Assembly: GCA_963799845.1 (NCBI GenBank)
Contig: CAWCYI010000006.1
Span: forward strand, 448,001 to 512,000
DNA: 64,000 bases
Source: an uncultured Nitrososphaerota archaeon
GTDB taxonomy: Archaea; Thermoproteota; Nitrososphaeria; Nitrososphaerales; CADDZS01
Reading direction: 5' to 3'
The notes under the pieces are model-generated. The model was not told the DNA's origin, did no database searches, and saw only the letters and a program-made list of their open reading frames with translations. How positions within the stretch are numbered: position 1 is the first letter of the stretch; each line of letters begins with the position of its first letter. Made by a program: the position numbers and the translations under genes. Shown piece after piece: positions 61,238 through 64,000 of this stretch.

Positions 61238-62221
61238 AGCAGGCCACAATTCATCCTGAACGGACTTCTCATTGATTCTCCGCCTACTTCCAGCAGACAT
61301 GATCCACTCGCCTTGCTCTCGTGGCAGGAATCTTCCGATCTCGGTGCAAAGAATTTTCTCAGCTTTCAATTGATTCACAATCGAATCAACATCCGACTTT
61401 TCACATGCGATCAGCAAAGAGCCCGATCCTATAAGTTTCAACGGATCGATTTTCAACTTTGAGCAAATGACTTTTGTCGAGCTGTCCAAAGGCACACGGT
61501 CTCCGAATAACTCGAATCCAAGCTCGGATGCCAAGCTCATCTCCAGGAGACACCCAATCACTCCTCCTTCGGTTAGATCATGCATCGCGTGAACCTTTCC
61601 GGTGGCGAAAGCTTCGCTGGCATCCTTCATTATGCTCAGTTTGTCCAATAATTTTCGACCCCGTTTCAATATCTTGGGATCTACCAATCTTGCAATTGCC
61701 GGCAGTCTCGAAAGTATGGACGTTCCCTCTATTCCTGCCGTTTTCGTCAGCAAGATAGAATCGTGGACTTTTGCGTCGGCCGCCGTGACGAACTTATCGC
61801 CCGATCCAAACGCAGTGACCATGATTATTTGCCGTTTGAGATTGGGAGTAATCTCCGTGTGCCCACCTGCTACGGTAATTCCGAGAGAGGACGCGGTCTC
61901 GTTTATTTCGTCCATGACTTTGACGATTGCATCACTTCGAGTGTCCTCGGGAAAGAGAGCGATTATGTTCAAAGTATCTGGCATGATCCCGCTAGTTGCC
62001 ACGTCATTCGCACTAACATTCACGGCGTGCCATCCGATCCGTTCAACAGCTCCTGTAATTGGATCAGAAGATGACACTAGATATTTTCCCTTAGATCGAG
62101 TGACGCCGACGTCGATCCCAATATTGGGAGCAACCACCAGACCTCTACTATTCATTGATCGAAGCATCGGCTCCAATATTTCGATCGGCAATTTTCCCTG
62201 AGGAAGCTTCTGACTGCTCAA
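61211..62221 (-). CDS. AIR synthase-related (PurM/HypE-like) protein
   Basis: SSDPITGA, AVNVSANDVA, GGHTE, MHDLTEGG, DPLKLIGSGSLL, DELW. Confidence 0.82.
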   Translation of the reverse strand: MSSQKLPQGKLPIEILEPMLRSMNSRGLVVAPNIGIDVGVTRSKGKYLVSSSDPITGAVERIGWHAVNVSANDVATSGIMPDTLNIIALFPEDTRSDAIVKVMDEINETASSLGITVAGGHTEITPNLKRQIIMVTAFGSGDKFVTAADAKVHDSILLTKTAGIEGTSILSRLPAIARLVDPKILKRGRKLLDKLSIMKDASEAFATGKVHAMHDLTEGGVIGCLLEMSLASELGFELFGDRVPLDSSTKVICSKLKIDPLKLIGSGSLLIACEKSDVDSIVNQLKAEKILCTEIGRFLPREQGEWIMSAGSRRRINEKSVQDELWPALSKYGNLS

Positions 62222-62378
62222 AATTAAGCGGTCTTCTGAAAGTCGAGAATTAACTGTTTTGGAAGAGTTCCTGATAAATTGGAGCGCCTTGGAGGGAAGA
62301 TTCAGATGACACGGCGACGAGCCGTGAAGTTCCTGCTTCGATAGCCATTATTAGCAGCCGAGAAACCATCCAATCCGT

Positions 62379-63278
62379 TTGTCATCTGCGCAAGTTGCTG
62401 CCAAAGCGATCAAAGACTTGGAACCTGAGGACTGGGCTGTTTTACACGCCATTGAAAAATCTATTTCAGATCATGAATCCGTTCCGATAAAATTGATCGA
62501 ACGAGACAGTATGCTCCATCGCGATCAGGTAGAGTTCAGGCTGGGGCGCTTAAACTACATCGGATTCGTTATGAGGACTAGATTCGGCTATATTATGAAT
62601 ACGGCCGGGCTGGACGTTCTCGCCCTAAATTCATTCGTGAAGAAAAACCTTGTCTCTGGTATGGGGAGATCCATCGGCATGGGAAAGGAATCGGACGTGT
62701 ATGAGGTCATTAATGAAAGCGGGAGACAGCTGGTCATCAAATTCTATAGAATAGGTCGGATTAGTTTCAGATCTACGAGACGATCCAGGTCGTACATGAA
62801 TCCGCAAAATCAGCATCAGTGGCTGGCGATAAACGTAGGCGCGGCACAGATAGAGGCACTCGGCTTGAAACAAGCAAGAGACGCAGGGGTCACCGTACCC
62901 GAACTAGTTGCGAGAGACAGACACGCAGTCCTGATGTCAGAAATACCCGGTGCAATGCTGTTCAAATGTACGAGAGAAGATATCAAGAGACCAAAGCAGC
63001 TGTTAAGAAAAATCCTCGAGAATATCAGGAAGGCCTACAAGGCTGACATGATAAACGGAGACATTAGCGAATTCAACATACTGTATGATGGGGTAAAGCC
63101 GTGGATTATCGATTGGCCCCAGTTTGTACCAACAACTCACGCCAACGCAAAAGAGATGCTCAGGAGGGACGTGGAGAATTCGATCTTGTTTTTCACGAGA
63201 AAGTTTGACTTTGTGGCTTCAATTGATGATGCTGTTTCGTATGTAAGCGGTCAAATCGACAAAGTAAAGATTTCCTAA
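62379..63278 (+). CDS. rio2: RIO2-type serine/threonine kinase
   Basis: N-terminal wHTH, IGMGKESDVY, KFYRIGRISF, GDISEFNI, IIDWPQ. Confidence 0.9.
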   Translation: MSSAQVAAKAIKDLEPEDWAVLHAIEKSISDHESVPIKLIERDSMLHRDQVEFRLGRLNYIGFVMRTRFGYIMNTAGLDVLALNSFVKKNLVSGMGRSIGMGKESDVYEVINESGRQLVIKFYRIGRISFRSTRRSRSYMNPQNQHQWLAINVGAAQIEALGLKQARDAGVTVPELVARDRHAVLMSEIPGAMLFKCTREDIKRPKQLLRKILENIRKAYKADMINGDISEFNILYDGVKPWIIDWPQFVPTTHANAKEMLRRDVENSILFFTRKFDFVASIDDAVSYVSGQIDKVKIS

Positions 63279-63520
63279 ACTTGGAAACCGCTGGCGATTT
63301 TGATGAAAAGAACGTTGTTACCCCGGATCACGACTTTACCATAGTTGGCAGAAGGATTTCCGCCACTGTATTCGGTTGCGTCGACTAGAATTACATTCAT
63401 GTACGGATCTACGTTAGTCATTTTGCCGCGATACTCAAGATCCATCTTCAACCGTACTGATACTTCTTTGTTGATGGCCTTTTGCAACACGTTCAGCGGC
63501 CTTTTTCCCTGCTGCGACAC
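63275..63520 (-). CDS. Sm-like archaeal protein (Lsm/SmAP)
   Basis: RPLNVL, YRGKM..VDPYMNVIL, YG.VVIRGNNVLFI. Confidence 0.92.
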   Translation of the reverse strand: MSQQGKRPLNVLQKAINKEVSVRLKMDLEYRGKMTNVDPYMNVILVDATEYSGGNPSANYGKVVIRGNNVLFIKIASGFQV

Positions 63521-63652
63521 CGGCTAATCCTTGAGCCGGCTTTCTTCGAATTCCGAGATAAAAACCTATCCGGCTATATTTTACCTGCAGCGCCAACTTT
63601 GAAATTTAAGCGATCCTGAATGGATGCTACTTCGGCCTGAGGCAAAATCGCG

Positions 63653-64000
63653 TTGAACAATTCAGAAGAACCGACTGACGAATTCTCATTCACTCGTCGT
63701 TTAATCCCGAGAATTACAACCGGGTCATTGGTGTTTGATTCACTGTTAGGCGGAGGTCTCCCTGTCTGCTGTGTTGTTGATGTTTTTGGAGCAGCTGGCA
63801 CTGGGAAGACTCAGTTCTGTTTTCAAAATATTGTAACTACATCTCATTTCCTCAACAGATTTGATCAGGAAGGCACGAAAGTCTGTCTTCGTTGATTGCT
63901 CTGGGTCCTTCAGACCCGAGAGGATAGTCGAGATCGCAGAGAATCGTTCATTGGGTTCTGCGAAGATTTTAGATAATATATCAACTATTTCTGCAAGGAG
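63653..64000 (+). CDS. RadB/RadA-like recombinase paralog (partial; frameshift near 63884)
   Basis: ITTGS..FD.LLGGGL, GAAGTGKTQ; the shifted frame reads VFVDCSGSFRPERIVEIA. Confidence 0.78.

Noticed and set aside
51124-62201. Long antisense ORFs over smc, scpA, pyrG and the AIR-synthase gene
   Set aside because: Shadow frames of well-supported genes with no motifs of their own

Overview
Archaeal chromosomal window, most consistent with a non-ammonia-oxidising Nitrososphaerota-type genome (inferred from gene content). Core genes (tiaS, tsr3, srp19, rps8e, smc-scpAB, pantoate kinase, pyrG, rio2, Lsm, RadB-like) frame two large accessory tracts, about 2.6-23.4 kb and 26.2-50.4 kb. The standout feature is a five-copy two-gene module: a degenerate single-domain KaiC/RecA-like P-loop protein, translationally coupled by an invariant 11-nt overlap to a 7-TM membrane protein with conserved cytoplasmic and variable outer loops. 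These modules sit among class III adenylate cyclase and cyclase-TolB-TPR genes. One module is divergent from an NHLP-like precursor peptide and an isoprenoid-synthase-fold (ComQ-like) enzyme. Together they suggest a candidate archaeal peptide -> 7TM receptor -> P-loop transducer -> cyclase signalling system (inference). Also present: a probable RHH regulon of membrane-cupredoxin fusions with a shared GTACA operator, two dispersed repeat families, a duplicated wHTH unit with a highly conserved non-coding block, an island-located ftsZ, and IS630 and IS481 elements. Many single-base indels, including in core-type genes, probably reflect sequencing or assembly error. No rRNA, complete tRNA or CRISPR array was seen.
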